This document shows, piece by piece, positions 26,238 through 35,765 of a DNA stretch of 51,803 bases (positions within the stretch are counted from its first letter, which is position 1; each line of letters opens with the position of its first letter). Under the pieces are notes generated by a model, which was given only the letters and a program-made list of their open reading frames with translations, did not search any database and was not told where the DNA came from. The DNA comes from a virus (taxonomy: Duplodnaviria; Caudoviricetes). The stretch lies in the IMG/VR virus record IMGVR_UViG_3300033485_000347, positions 1-51,803 of that record. One strand, 5' to 3'. Position numbers and translations under genes: made by a program.

Positions 26238-26280
26238 CAAAAAGAACAGACCCCGAAGAATTATTCTCCGGGGCCTGTTA
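26238..26280 (-). terminator. Intrinsic terminator ending the late/lysis operon
   Basis: AACAGGCCCCGGAGAA-TAA-TTCTTCGGGGTCTGTT followed by CTTTTT on the - strand. Confidence 0.8.
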
Positions 26281-26282
26281 TA

Positions 26283-26363
26283 CTATCTTCCCCCACACGC
26301 CAGCACGAGGAATAGCGCGAACGCTAACACCACAATGGTTACGAGCAGCGCCGTTTCCACCAT
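26283..26363 (-). CDS. 26-aa transmembrane peptide
   Basis: MVETALLVTIVVLAFALFLVLACGGR at the end of the lysis cassette. Confidence 0.35.
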   Translation of the reverse strand: MVETALLVTIVVLAFALFLVLACGGR

Positions 26364-26418
26364 GTCACCACGGCCTCAAGTGCGGCCTCAGCCCAACATG
26401 CGAAACGCAGGATGATGT

Positions 26419-26679
26419 TCATGGTGCGGGGGACTTGCTAAAGGTAATCTCGCAGGAATCCTTGACCGTCACCCCGTTTGGCATGACCTTCGTACTGTCC
26501 ACATTGAGGAAGGTAGCCGTCACCGTCACCCCGGCGTAGACCCCCTTAACGCATGTGATGGTCGAGTCCTTGATCTTGGCAAACTCCGCCAACTGTTCTG
26601 GCGACATAGCCGTGACACCCATGCCAGTCGCACACCCGCCGAGCAGTCCGACCACGAGCAACAAGATCAGTCCGCGCAT
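26419..26679 (-). CDS. Lipoprotein (possible spanin component)
   Basis: Lipoprotein signal with LLGGC lipobox, in the lysis cassette. Confidence 0.7.
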   Translation of the reverse strand: MRGLILLLVVGLLGGCATGMGVTAMSPEQLAEFAKIKDSTITCVKGVYAGVTVTATFLNVDSTKVMPNGVTVKDSCEITFSKSPAP

Positions 26680-26688
26680 GCTGTCCTC

Positions 26689-26910
26689 CTAGTGAGTGTG
26701 TGCCGTCGTCAGGGTGATATTATCACTCGAAACGCTCGTGGTGTCTGTAGTGTAGGTGATGGTGGGATACCCCGTAGAGTACGGATTGATCCACCACGTC
26801 TGCGCCTTCCACTCCTTCCCGCACTTCGCGCAGTACGGGACGTCGCACTTCTTGCAATATTTCACGTCATGGTCGCAATGGTTATGGGCCGCGCAATAAT
26901 TGTGTAACAT
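26689..26910 (-). CDS. Cys/His-rich small protein
   Basis: CDH...CKKC...CAKC; RBS AGGAGG. Confidence 0.6.
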   Translation of the reverse strand: MLHNYCAAHNHCDHDVKYCKKCDVPYCAKCGKEWKAQTWWINPYSTGYPTITYTTDTTSVSSDNITLTTAHTH

Positions 26911-26919
26911 GCTGTCCTC

Positions 26920-27102
26920 CTAGTGTGGGGTGCGGCGGTAGGCGTCCACGGCCTTCACGAAGGCGATCGCGCCTCCCGCGCCGATGACGACGAACTGCCA
27001 CGGATCGCTTGGATAATGCTGCATGGACATGATTGCGGTCGCCACGGCAATGGCGAGCGCAGCAAAGCCCTCCCAGAGACAGCCGAGCAGGAATTTCGTC
27101 AT
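26920..27102 (-). CDS. Putative holin (2 TM)
   Basis: Two hydrophobic helices and a basic C-terminus, downstream of the endolysin; RBS AGGAGG. Confidence 0.55.
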   Translation of the reverse strand: MTKFLLGCLWEGFAALAIAVATAIMSMQHYPSDPWQFVVIGAGGAIAFVKAVDAYRRTPH

Positions 27103-27237
27103 GCGGTCCCTCCTTTCTGGAGCAGTAGAGTCGCGCACACTTCGCATCCGTTCAGCCGGCAGATGTCTTCATGGTAGACGCCTCCATCCAGGCTCACGTG
27201 GCAGAAACACTCGAACAGCGACTCCAGGGCGATGACG

Positions 27238-27723
27238 TCAAGCGGGGAGAGTACGGCAATAGGCGGCGAGGGCAAAGAGGCGCCGGAGCCACCCGTAGCC
27301 GTACCGGTCGAACGACGCGCCGAGATGGGCATAGTAGATCCCCCTTTTCGCGCAGTAGTTCGTCAAGAACACATCCTTGTCCAGTCGGTAGGCGGCGGCG
27401 AGTGTCTGGGGTCCGACGATGCCGTCAATCGTCACGTCCAGCGCGTCTTGGAGGAGGCGAATAGCCGGGCGAATGCCGAGGTTGACTCCCGTGTCGAACA
27501 CGGCCACGGCGACTGGGGGCGGGAGGCGGTCAAGATAGGTGGCCCAGTACCGTGTGCGATAAATGTTGATGGCTTTAGCTTTGGTGAGATGGGCGACGTC
27601 GATGTCGGGGTGGGCCCGCTGGGAGATGCCATACCGGGTCAGGCCACCAGGATCGAGGGGGTCATCGCTGATGTCCCCCTCGGCGCTCAGGACAAACTTG
27701 ATCGCACGGTCAAACGTGGTCAT
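27238..27723 (-). CDS. Endolysin, glycoside hydrolase family 108 with PG-binding domain
   Basis: AEGDISDDPLDPGGLTRYGI, FDTGVNLG, DGIVGPQTL, GWLRR. Confidence 0.92.
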   Translation of the reverse strand: MTTFDRAIKFVLSAEGDISDDPLDPGGLTRYGISQRAHPDIDVAHLTKAKAINIYRTRYWATYLDRLPPPVAVAVFDTGVNLGIRPAIRLLQDALDVTIDGIVGPQTLAAAYRLDKDVFLTNYCAKRGIYYAHLGASFDRYGYGWLRRLFALAAYCRTLPA

Positions 27724-27729
27724 GTGCTC

Positions 27730-28056
27730 CTAGTCTTTCGCGTCCTCCCGAGACCAGCGATGCAGCGAGAGCCAAAAGAGAATCAGACAACTGGCGAGGG
27801 TCGCATAACCGACCCAGACCCAGTCCTCAAGAAATTCTCGGGCGGTGAATCCTGGCGATAGATCCGTGTATGTGTCAATCGTGGCGATGGTCGGGAAACA
27901 GATCACGAAGGCCATTGCTGCGAAGACCGCCCGGAGCCGCCGCAACACCTCCCCGTCCCGCTTCTGCGCCCACGCCAATTCGACCAACACAACCAGAAAC
28001 GCTCCGAGACAGACAATCCGCCAGATCAGTCCCAGGGTGCCCAGGCTGATAGTCAC
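27730..28056 (-). CDS. Membrane protein (3 TM; holin candidate)
   Basis: Three hydrophobic segments, directly upstream of the endolysin. Confidence 0.55.
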   Translation of the reverse strand: MTISLGTLGLIWRIVCLGAFLVVLVELAWAQKRDGEVLRRLRAVFAAMAFVICFPTIATIDTYTDLSPGFTAREFLEDWVWVGYATLASCLILFWLSLHRWSREDAKD

Positions 28057-28057
28057 G

Positions 28058-28444
28058 CTATCGCTCGTGGCGGCTGGCGATCACCGTCATGAGCTGCATG
28101 ATTTCGGCAGTCCTGGCCTTGTCGCTGTCGGTAATCGCCTCCACCACGGCCCGCATCTCGTGGCCGATATTCCCCATCCCCTCGATCTGTTTCTGGGCGA
28201 ATTCGTAATGGCGGGTGCAGGTGTTGTGTTGGACGTCGAGCTTCTTGGCGATGGCATCGAGCGCCATGACACTTTGCCGCAGGAGGGCGGCAATCTCCTT
28301 GGTCTGCGGCTGCCAATGTTTCATCTGCACGATCTGGGCGACGGAGACGCCCGCCATGGCCGCGAGGGAAAGCAGGAAGAGGGCCACGAGACCCCACTGT
28401 CGAAAGACCGCTTCGAGGATCGTGCGGATCGTCTCAGGGTCCAC
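28058..28444 (-). CDS. TM plus coiled-coil lysis-cassette protein
   Basis: Single N-terminal TM followed by a helical domain. Confidence 0.55.
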   Translation of the reverse strand: MDPETIRTILEAVFRQWGLVALFLLSLAAMAGVSVAQIVQMKHWQPQTKEIAALLRQSVMALDAIAKKLDVQHNTCTRHYEFAQKQIEGMGNIGHEMRAVVEAITDSDKARTAEIMQLMTVIASRHER

Positions 28445-28471
28445 AAGCCTACTCCATGTTAGGGTGTGTCG

Positions 28472-29908
28472 CTAACTCAGTCGCTCCAGGCGCACCCGCA
28501 GGTCAAAGGTTGGGCTCCCCGTCACGCCCCCGAAGGACACCGCATACTGAATCGTCGTCGTCGCGGCATTCAGAATGATGACTTCCCCTTGTGCATAGGC
28601 CGTCGCGTCGGTGGCGTCCAGCGCGGAGGACGAGGCGGTCTTCAATCCAACGGTGTCTGTCCACCCCAACGTCAACGTCACCGTGCCCCCGGTGCCAGCC
28701 GCCGTCATGGCGAGGTAGTAGGTGGCCCGCCAGAGGTAGGACAGGTAGGGAGTGACGATGGTGGTCGCCCCCACGGCGGTGCCCCGGTCGGTGTACGCCA
28801 CCCACTCTGACCGGGTGAGCGGAAGGCCGCATTCCAGGTTCGCCACATCGGTGGGGTACGCGCCCCCATTCCCCTGTGCCAGCCCGAGAATCGTATTCGG
28901 GTTGATGGACGCGGCGGGAGACCCGGAGTTCATCCACTGACTCGCGGCGGGGATTTCCCAGCCCACGTCCGGCCCCACAAAGAGACATTGGGTAGGGAAG
29001 GACGTATGCACCGAGTAGTCGAAGACGACCCCATAGGTTCCCGCGACGTTGTTAGTCCCGTACACCAGGAGATTGTCGAACCGGCAGGCATCCGCGACCT
29101 GGAGCAGCACCCCGTAGGTGATTTCCGTGCCATCCAGATAGATCCGCGTATTGGTGAACGTCGCATAGCAGGTCGAAGCCGAACCGTCCGCATGTCCGGT
29201 GAGGTAGATCCCATACGCAGCGGCCACGCTCGGCACGTACACGACGATATTGTCAGCCAACAGCACGTCGGTATTGGTGCTGAAGCCCGCCGTGGTGGCG
29301 CTCACGCAGGTGGTGTAGAGGGAGATCGCGGTACAGCCCGTGAATGTCACGCAGGACAGTTTGGCGTTTCCGACCGATTGGATGATCAACCCGTAGTCCG
29401 CCGACCCCGCCCCGTCGAACTGGATGTTGTGGCACTCGAATCCGCGCAGCGGACCCGCCACCGCCATCATCGTCCCGGACACGTCTCCACTCCAGGAGAG
29501 GACTACCGGAGACGCGGGATAACTGAGGGTGTCGGCCCCGTAGACGGGCGGGGCAATGCCGATGAGCCGGACGCCTCGGCGCGTGGAGGCGGTTGTTGTG
29601 GTGCCATCCCCGATATTGATCTGTGCCGTGCAGTCATAGGTGCCCGCCGGGAGCAGGACATCCCCCCCGGTGGCCGGCAGGGCGTCGATGGCGGCCTGAA
29701 TCGCGGTCGAGGTGAAATCGTTGACGCGGATATAGGCCCCGTCGATGACCCACGACCCCCCGTAGAGATAGGGAACGCCGGTCGAGGTGGAGGTGTCCAG
29801 GCCCGTCCCACCCTGATCCACCGCGAGGATGGCGGGAGCGGCAGGCAGGTCCGCCGGGACGGTGGTGTCGTCAGCGCTGATGATGCGGGGGCCTAAGCGT
29901 CCGGACAT
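28472..29908 (-). CDS. Tailspike/tail fibre with pectate-lyase-like beta-helix
   Basis: LAVDQGGTG fibre motif; DFTSTAIQAAIDALPATGGDVLLPAGTY beta-helix N-cap. Confidence 0.8.
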   Translation of the reverse strand: MSGRLGPRIISADDTTVPADLPAAPAILAVDQGGTGLDTSTSTGVPYLYGGSWVIDGAYIRVNDFTSTAIQAAIDALPATGGDVLLPAGTYDCTAQINIGDGTTTTASTRRGVRLIGIAPPVYGADTLSYPASPVVLSWSGDVSGTMMAVAGPLRGFECHNIQFDGAGSADYGLIIQSVGNAKLSCVTFTGCTAISLYTTCVSATTAGFSTNTDVLLADNIVVYVPSVAAAYGIYLTGHADGSASTCYATFTNTRIYLDGTEITYGVLLQVADACRFDNLLVYGTNNVAGTYGVVFDYSVHTSFPTQCLFVGPDVGWEIPAASQWMNSGSPAASINPNTILGLAQGNGGAYPTDVANLECGLPLTRSEWVAYTDRGTAVGATTIVTPYLSYLWRATYYLAMTAAGTGGTVTLTLGWTDTVGLKTASSSALDATDATAYAQGEVIILNAATTTIQYAVSFGGVTGSPTFDLRVRLERLS

Positions 29909-31392
29909 TAGCGCCTCCCTTTGAGCAGGTCGAGCAGGTCCGCATCGGTCTGCCGTTGTGATTGAGCAGCCACGCCTCCACCAACCGCCCCCGCTACCGA
30001 CCCACTACGGTTCGTGGGACGGAAGCTCCGCTCGACATATCCTGGAGGCATCTTCACCCCCATCTGCGGGGATACGCCACCGAGGATCGCCCCAACGGAC
30101 GCAGCGGTTTCTGGAGAGATGCCGATGAGTTTTGATAGAATAACGCCCACCGATCCACCCAAGGCAAGCCGACCTGACCCGAATCGCTGACCGGGGATTG
30201 CCCTCCCAACCACGTCTGTCACCGGAACGATGTCGGCAATATCCTGCCGGATAGAGTCCAACAGTCCCGGGCGAGCCTTCTCAACCGCCGCTGTCCACTC
30301 GGGGTTTGTTTTCATCCATTGTTCGATCTTCCCAGGAGAGGTAATGACTGATTGCCCTGTGCGCTGCGTCACGATACCAGCATGTTCAATGGCGTCTTGA
30401 ATATCCTGACGCAGAAAGTTCAGCCTAGCCGCCCGAATAGCATCAGCATACGACTGGAATGCTGGGTCTTTTGTGGACTTTGCTGCCGCGATCATGTCCT
30501 CATGGACCGACCCAAGCATCTGCTTCCACATGCCGCGTTCTGCCCCGGTGGTGCTGCCGATCTTTTGATTGATTCCCTTGACAATCGCATCTACCTGTCC
30601 TGCGTTGAATTGATTGATGCTTCCCAACTCTGTTTGCATTTGTGTCAGCGTATTGACGAGCGCCTTATCTTGGATGGCCGTGATGGGGTTCTTGGATGCC
30701 TGTGCCGTCATGCGGGACACGGCATTCGTCAGCGAGGAAAGCGGGGCGGTTCCCACGGGAGGCTGTGCCGCAAGACGTTCGGCGGTTCCGTATGCGGCGT
30801 TGACGTCACTGTCTGTCACGCCGAAGCGTTCCGGAACGCGCTCCATCATGGCGGCCCCCGCCGCATGGCGCTCCGCTGGCATGGAGAGATACCGTCCTGG
30901 TGTCTTGACCGCATATCGGCCAACCACTGGAGCCGCCGACGTCGCGCCAGCCACCCCGAGTGTCGTCAGGATGTCCTCTGTCACCCCCGGAGCGGATTTC
31001 CCTTGTCCGAGGGAGGTCATCCCCCGAGCAACTGTAGCTCCTCCAACCGCTCCAGCGGGTCCTCCCGCAACGCCTCCCAGTGTTCCCCCGACGATCTCCG
31101 GAAGCGAGTTGGCGATGGGGGACGCGACATCCTTGACGGTTTGGACCGCCGCCGGTCCAGCGATGCGCGGATCAAGCAGACTTCGGAGTTCGACGTCTTT
31201 CGCCTGGGAGAGATTCCTTCCGGCCTGCACAAGTTCTCCGAAGAGTTGCCTCCCCATCTCATAGGGGGCCATGACGATGTTTTTGGCAGACCGCCCAATG
31301 GCCCCCCCAAACGTATCTTCCTCCCCCACTGGGACCGCATTCTCTAGAGGGTCTTCGGATACTCTAACCGCTCCCTCCAATGGATCAGCCAT
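29908..31392 (-). CDS. Putative DNA ejection/internal virion protein
   Basis: 494 aa, Gly/Ala-rich helical with a GGVAGGPAGAVGG segment, at the usual podovirus position. Confidence 0.6.
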   Translation of the reverse strand: MADPLEGAVRVSEDPLENAVPVGEEDTFGGAIGRSAKNIVMAPYEMGRQLFGELVQAGRNLSQAKDVELRSLLDPRIAGPAAVQTVKDVASPIANSLPEIVGGTLGGVAGGPAGAVGGATVARGMTSLGQGKSAPGVTEDILTTLGVAGATSAAPVVGRYAVKTPGRYLSMPAERHAAGAAMMERVPERFGVTDSDVNAAYGTAERLAAQPPVGTAPLSSLTNAVSRMTAQASKNPITAIQDKALVNTLTQMQTELGSINQFNAGQVDAIVKGINQKIGSTTGAERGMWKQMLGSVHEDMIAAAKSTKDPAFQSYADAIRAARLNFLRQDIQDAIEHAGIVTQRTGQSVITSPGKIEQWMKTNPEWTAAVEKARPGLLDSIRQDIADIVPVTDVVGRAIPGQRFGSGRLALGGSVGVILSKLIGISPETAASVGAILGGVSPQMGVKMPPGYVERSFRPTNRSGSVAGAVGGGVAAQSQRQTDADLLDLLKGRR

Positions 31393-33005
31393 TACTGGAT
31401 CACCCCACCTTTCACGGTTACGGTTGACCCATCCTGTAGTTTGTACGTGCCGTCAGGCTTTCCGGTCTTGGATCCACTCAGTTGGTGTTTCCTCTGAGGA
31501 GTCGTCGCTGGACCTTGTGGGCGTGGACTCAACGGACCCGTTCCGAGTGAGCTTGCGGGACGGACAGACGCCTTAGAGACGTCCTCCATCATGGAGTTGA
31601 CTTCATCGGAAAACCGATTGAGTCCGGCAACAAATACCGAAGGCTCATCGGTCAGGTTGTAGAGGAGTCCCTTCATGCGCCGGTATTCCTGCTCGTTAAT
31701 CTGCGCTCCAGACCTCGCCCGGAGAATCATATCTGAGACATCTAAGACGGCCTTGCGGAACGTGGCCTCTTCTTGGGAGATATTCCCGAAGAATTGCCTG
31801 ACGGCCCCTGCCAACGCTCCCGGAGTGTACTGCCCCTTGATGGCTGCCTGTTCCTGATTCGCAAATTCCTTCTGGACTCCTTGCACGAACGGCGCAAATC
31901 CCTTCCCGACAAACTCAGGTCGATAGAGGTTTTTGACATAATCGGTCTGCCGAGATGCCGCGCTTAACATCTGGTATTTTGACCGATCCGCACCCTGGAG
32001 CGGTTCTGTGATGTTCTTGGCCTGCTGTTGCGAGGCAACCACCGCTGACGCACCAGGCATGGGAGGAAGCGCAGGCTGACCAGGAACGGTCGGGACTGGC
32101 ACTGGAGACAGTTTTCCACGGATTCCGCCTTCGGCTGACGCCTGTCCGACTTGCCCAGCCGCTCCGACTTTCGCCTGCAAAGCCTCTCCGGTATTCTGTC
32201 CAATAGTTCGTCCTGCACCGGACGCTTTCGCAAGAGACTCCTCAAATATGGCCGCAGCGTACTCTGCCTGACGAATATCTCCGGTCGTCTCCATCACATC
32301 ATTGAATACCTGGGCTCTCGGGGAAATCCCCTTCTGCTTCGCATGTCGTTCAACAATCTTATAGATTTGCATTGCCTGTTCTGGATCTGGTAGTTGCCCA
32401 GGAGCGAGTCCAACAGCAGCCCGTGCGATCCCGTATGGATTCGTGAGTGCTGACGTAGACACCGCAGGATCTCGGGGAACCCTCTGGAATCCGAACGAGG
32501 TTTCTCCCTTCGCGGATACATGCGGGATCGGCTGATACTCTTGAGGATTCAACCCGTACAGCCTAGCCATGAGGTCATTTCCCTTGGCGGTCTTGGTAGG
32601 GGGAATCACTCCAGATGACGCCTCTTCCCCGGCACCATAATTCGCGGAACCTGGCTTTGCTGGCATGACAGATGGGTCTTGCGGCACTTCCACATTCCGA
32701 CCAAACAATGAGGCAATGTCATTCGCTGGCGCTTGCTGTTCTCCAAGGTCAATCATTCTTCCATCCGGTCCCATCAGATACCTGGTTCCCTTTGGAATAG
32801 GCATGTATGGAGGTTTTTGGTTGTACTGCCGATCAATCTGCTTTTGGCGTTCGTAGACGCCAAGCTGCGGCTCGACCAGCGACTTGTACGCCTCCACCTT
32901 GTCCGCAATGTTCCGCCGCCGGATGCGGTCCTCGTCGATCCCCTCCGCAAAGCCCCCGGCCAGCGGGAGGCCCCCGTACTGGAGGATGGTTTCAAACGCG
33001 CCCAT
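31392..33005 (-). CDS. Putative DNA ejection/internal virion protein
   Basis: 537 aa; C-terminal RARSGAQINEQEYRR motif of the kind seen in podovirus ejection proteins. Confidence 0.6.
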   Translation of the reverse strand: MGAFETILQYGGLPLAGGFAEGIDEDRIRRRNIADKVEAYKSLVEPQLGVYERQKQIDRQYNQKPPYMPIPKGTRYLMGPDGRMIDLGEQQAPANDIASLFGRNVEVPQDPSVMPAKPGSANYGAGEEASSGVIPPTKTAKGNDLMARLYGLNPQEYQPIPHVSAKGETSFGFQRVPRDPAVSTSALTNPYGIARAAVGLAPGQLPDPEQAMQIYKIVERHAKQKGISPRAQVFNDVMETTGDIRQAEYAAAIFEESLAKASGAGRTIGQNTGEALQAKVGAAGQVGQASAEGGIRGKLSPVPVPTVPGQPALPPMPGASAVVASQQQAKNITEPLQGADRSKYQMLSAASRQTDYVKNLYRPEFVGKGFAPFVQGVQKEFANQEQAAIKGQYTPGALAGAVRQFFGNISQEEATFRKAVLDVSDMILRARSGAQINEQEYRRMKGLLYNLTDEPSVFVAGLNRFSDEVNSMMEDVSKASVRPASSLGTGPLSPRPQGPATTPQRKHQLSGSKTGKPDGTYKLQDGSTVTVKGGVIQ

Positions 33006-33016
33006 GTGGCCCTCCC

Positions 33017-33910
33017 CTACTTGATCAGGCTAGAGTACGTCCGCTTGAGGCCCTTGCGGACTTCGCGCTCCTTGCCCTGGAATCCCTTGCGCTTCATCTT
33101 CTCTGGGACAAAGATCGCCGTCTCATCCCCGCCTTCGCCAACAAGAGGACGAGCAGGCCCCCGGAACTTCTTCACGCCTCCCTTGGCCCACGCGCCCCCC
33201 GTCCCAGCGGCATCGGAGCCAACATCGCTCGACCCGCGAGCGCCATCTTGGTCTGCCCCTTGGTCCGTGGTTCCTCCTCCGAACATGCCTTCCTGGTCGG
33301 GGTTCCCGACGCTCGGTGCGCTCACGCCTGACGGTCCAGTCGTCCCGTAGCCGCTTGGCCCAACGGAGACCCCACCCACAATCCCTTCCGGTGCGCCGGG
33401 CATCCCATACCCCAAGCGGTCTGCCATCGCCTGACGTTCTGCCATGGTCGCCTCGATGATGTTGCGCTCCGGGCCCATTCCGAAGAAGGACCGAACTCCA
33501 GGATTGTTCAAGGCGCTGACCCCAAGGCGTGTCGCACCCATCATGGTGCTCATGGGTCCAAGGCCCAGCGCGGAAAGCCCCATGCTCGCCATGGTGCGCC
33601 CGGCGGAGACAGCGGCATTCTCTCCAAATGACCGATTCCCTGGCTCCGAGCCAAACGCCGAGGCAACGGAAGATACTGGATCGGTCAACGAGTTGAACTG
33701 CCCCCGCTCGGCAGACGTCATGGGACCGGACACGTCAGGGCCGATCCCCGTCCCTGGAGTGCCCCCGCCCTCCTGCTCCAGTAGATATTGGTACGGCTCG
33801 ACAGGAATCTGGGGGGCCGCCGGCTGCGCCAGGAGGTTCTGATACGGTTGAGGAGTGGGTTGACGCACAGTGGCCCACGGTCCACGGTTCCAGAGCACTG
33901 GGTTCGCCAT
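33017..33910 (-). CDS. Putative internal virion protein
   Basis: Gly/Ser-rich, with AKGG...LVGEGGDE motif. Confidence 0.55.
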   Translation of the reverse strand: MANPVLWNRGPWATVRQPTPQPYQNLLAQPAAPQIPVEPYQYLLEQEGGGTPGTGIGPDVSGPMTSAERGQFNSLTDPVSSVASAFGSEPGNRSFGENAAVSAGRTMASMGLSALGLGPMSTMMGATRLGVSALNNPGVRSFFGMGPERNIIEATMAERQAMADRLGYGMPGAPEGIVGGVSVGPSGYGTTGPSGVSAPSVGNPDQEGMFGGGTTDQGADQDGARGSSDVGSDAAGTGGAWAKGGVKKFRGPARPLVGEGGDETAIFVPEKMKRKGFQGKEREVRKGLKRTYSSLIK

Positions 33911-33919
33911 GATGCCCTC

Positions 33920-34588
33920 CTAGAGTCCCCAGACGTTCCCGAAGTCAAAGTTGAACGGGGTATCGTAGTCCCACAGGCTTGTGGCTGCATCGGTGGCCGG
34001 GGAGGCGTAGTCCGCTCCCGATAGGTAATCCGGGCTGAACCCCCCGCTGAGATCGGCATAGGCGCTATTGCTCAACCCGCTATACATTCCGCCGTAGTCC
34101 GGCTGGTACGCCCCGGCGATGTCATTGGCCACAGGGGCAGAAAGGGCCTGGTACTGTTGGCTGAGTTGCTGGGGGGTGCTATTCCACATATCCGGCTTGA
34201 GGCGCTTCCAGATGTCCGGTGAAGCCTCCTTCAGGATCGCCCCGCCGATTGCGCCGCCCATGCTGCTGAGAGATTGGAGCCCAGATGGCTTGACGGCTCC
34301 AGGACTCCGCATCACGTTGTTCATTGTATTCGTATATTGCAAGCGATTCCCGAAATCGGTTTGGGCGTCGCTAATGTTGTAATCGCTCATCAGTCTAGAA
34401 TACATGTTTTGGGCCGCACCCCGCGAGGATGTCTGCCCACGTCCCGCCGCACTTCCCGCAGAAATCTGCCGAGATTTATTCATCGCATCCTTCAGAAGCA
34501 CATCCTTGGTCTGCGGGTAGTCGAAATACAAACTGCTAAACGGCTCGACCATTCCGGCGTTCGTGAAGTTTTGCTTGGGGACTGCCAT
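33920..34588 (-). CDS. Putative ejection (pilot) protein
   Basis: Low-complexity S/G/Q/N/Y sequence with a GGAIGGAIL hydrophobic segment; RBS AGGAGGT. Confidence 0.55.
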   Translation of the reverse strand: MAVPKQNFTNAGMVEPFSSLYFDYPQTKDVLLKDAMNKSRQISAGSAAGRGQTSSRGAAQNMYSRLMSDYNISDAQTDFGNRLQYTNTMNNVMRSPGAVKPSGLQSLSSMGGAIGGAILKEASPDIWKRLKPDMWNSTPQQLSQQYQALSAPVANDIAGAYQPDYGGMYSGLSNSAYADLSGGFSPDYLSGADYASPATDAATSLWDYDTPFNFDFGNVWGL

Positions 34589-34651
34589 GGCTACCTCCTA
34601 CGTTTTCGAGGTGTTCGTGTTGCTGCCTACGTGCAAAACAACCCCTCTAGT

Positions 34652-35764
34652 TCATGTTTTGCTCGACTGCGTATTTGATCCAAGAGAATCTGCCTCAAAA
34701 TGAAAGTCTACTTCCAGCAAGAGTGGGAGCTGTCCGGTTGTCGTGCTTGCCCACGTATCATCTGTGCCCGTATCGCTCCGACGCACGTTACACACCAGCA
34801 TGGAACTGATCGTCTTGGCAGCGGTGTGGCCGTCAATCGCCACCGCAGCGGTCATCTGGTGCTTATGGTCTGTCCCATCGCATGCGTCCGAGAGGTCTGC
34901 CGTCTGCATGTCGGGAAATGTCCCATCGATATTCGCCCATGCGTAATCGACCTTCCACCCGACTGTTGCGCCGTTCTCTTCGTTCCCGCGAGGACCTGGG
35001 GTCCAGTGGATGTGGACTTCTATATCCGTTCCATGCTTGTAACTGTGTGGCATCTGGACGGTGAAGCTGGCGAAATCGTTCTTGGCGAACTCCGGGAGAT
35101 AGGTGCCAAGGCCCCCCCCGTTCGGGTAGTAGATAACATAATCTGGGTCCGCCACCCCTGGTCGGTCGAATGACCCCGGCGTGATGCGTAAGTCATCCCA
35201 CACGGTCGCCGTACCCGCCAAGGTAATCCCAGTGGCATTGGCGGTCACGGTGTTGCCGCTGCTCCCGGCGACAACGCTCGTCGTCCCGGTCACGGTAGTC
35301 ACGCTGGGCGTCGCGGAGTAACTGGGAGCCGCCCCGGTGGTGCCGACCAGCACCGTGCCGGTGGCCCCCTCCGCCGTCGCCGCCACTGCCGCCGTGGCAT
35401 TCCCGTAAAGTACCCCGTTGTCGGTCAGCGTCGTAGCGCCGGTGCCACCCAGCGCGACGGTCAACGTGGCGAGGGACGTCAAGAGCTTGGTCGCATTCGT
35501 GACCACCAACTGTGAGGCGGTCAACCCAGAAAGCGTCACGCCGGTCAGCGTCGGCGTGGCATCCCATTCCGGAGCGACGTCGACACCCTTGGAGGCAATG
35601 ACCTGGCCCGCCGCCGATCCATCGATCCACGCGAGGCTGAAGCTGTTTGGATCAAAGAGGTTGAGGATCGCCAGCATTTGCGAGAGGAGATCGTTCAGCC
35701 GGCCCAGTTGTTCGGGCTTCGTGAGATCCGTGAGCTTCCCGCCGATGACCAGGCGCTCGGACAT
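34652..35764 (-). CDS. Tail fibre/needle-like protein
   Basis: Thr/Gly/Ala-rich shaft (LTVALGGTGATT, GVLYGNAT) and a C-terminal globular domain. Confidence 0.65.
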   Translation of the reverse strand: MSERLVIGGKLTDLTKPEQLGRLNDLLSQMLAILNLFDPNSFSLAWIDGSAAGQVIASKGVDVAPEWDATPTLTGVTLSGLTASQLVVTNATKLLTSLATLTVALGGTGATTLTDNGVLYGNATAAVAATAEGATGTVLVGTTGAAPSYSATPSVTTVTGTTSVVAGSSGNTVTANATGITLAGTATVWDDLRITPGSFDRPGVADPDYVIYYPNGGGLGTYLPEFAKNDFASFTVQMPHSYKHGTDIEVHIHWTPGPRGNEENGATVGWKVDYAWANIDGTFPDMQTADLSDACDGTDHKHQMTAAVAIDGHTAAKTISSMLVCNVRRSDTGTDDTWASTTTGQLPLLLEVDFHFEADSLGSNTQSSKT

Positions 35765-35765
35765 C

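Noticed and set aside
27099-27332. Small ORF between endolysin and holin
   Set aside because: No convincing start or RBS outside the endolysin overlap, so it is left uncalled.
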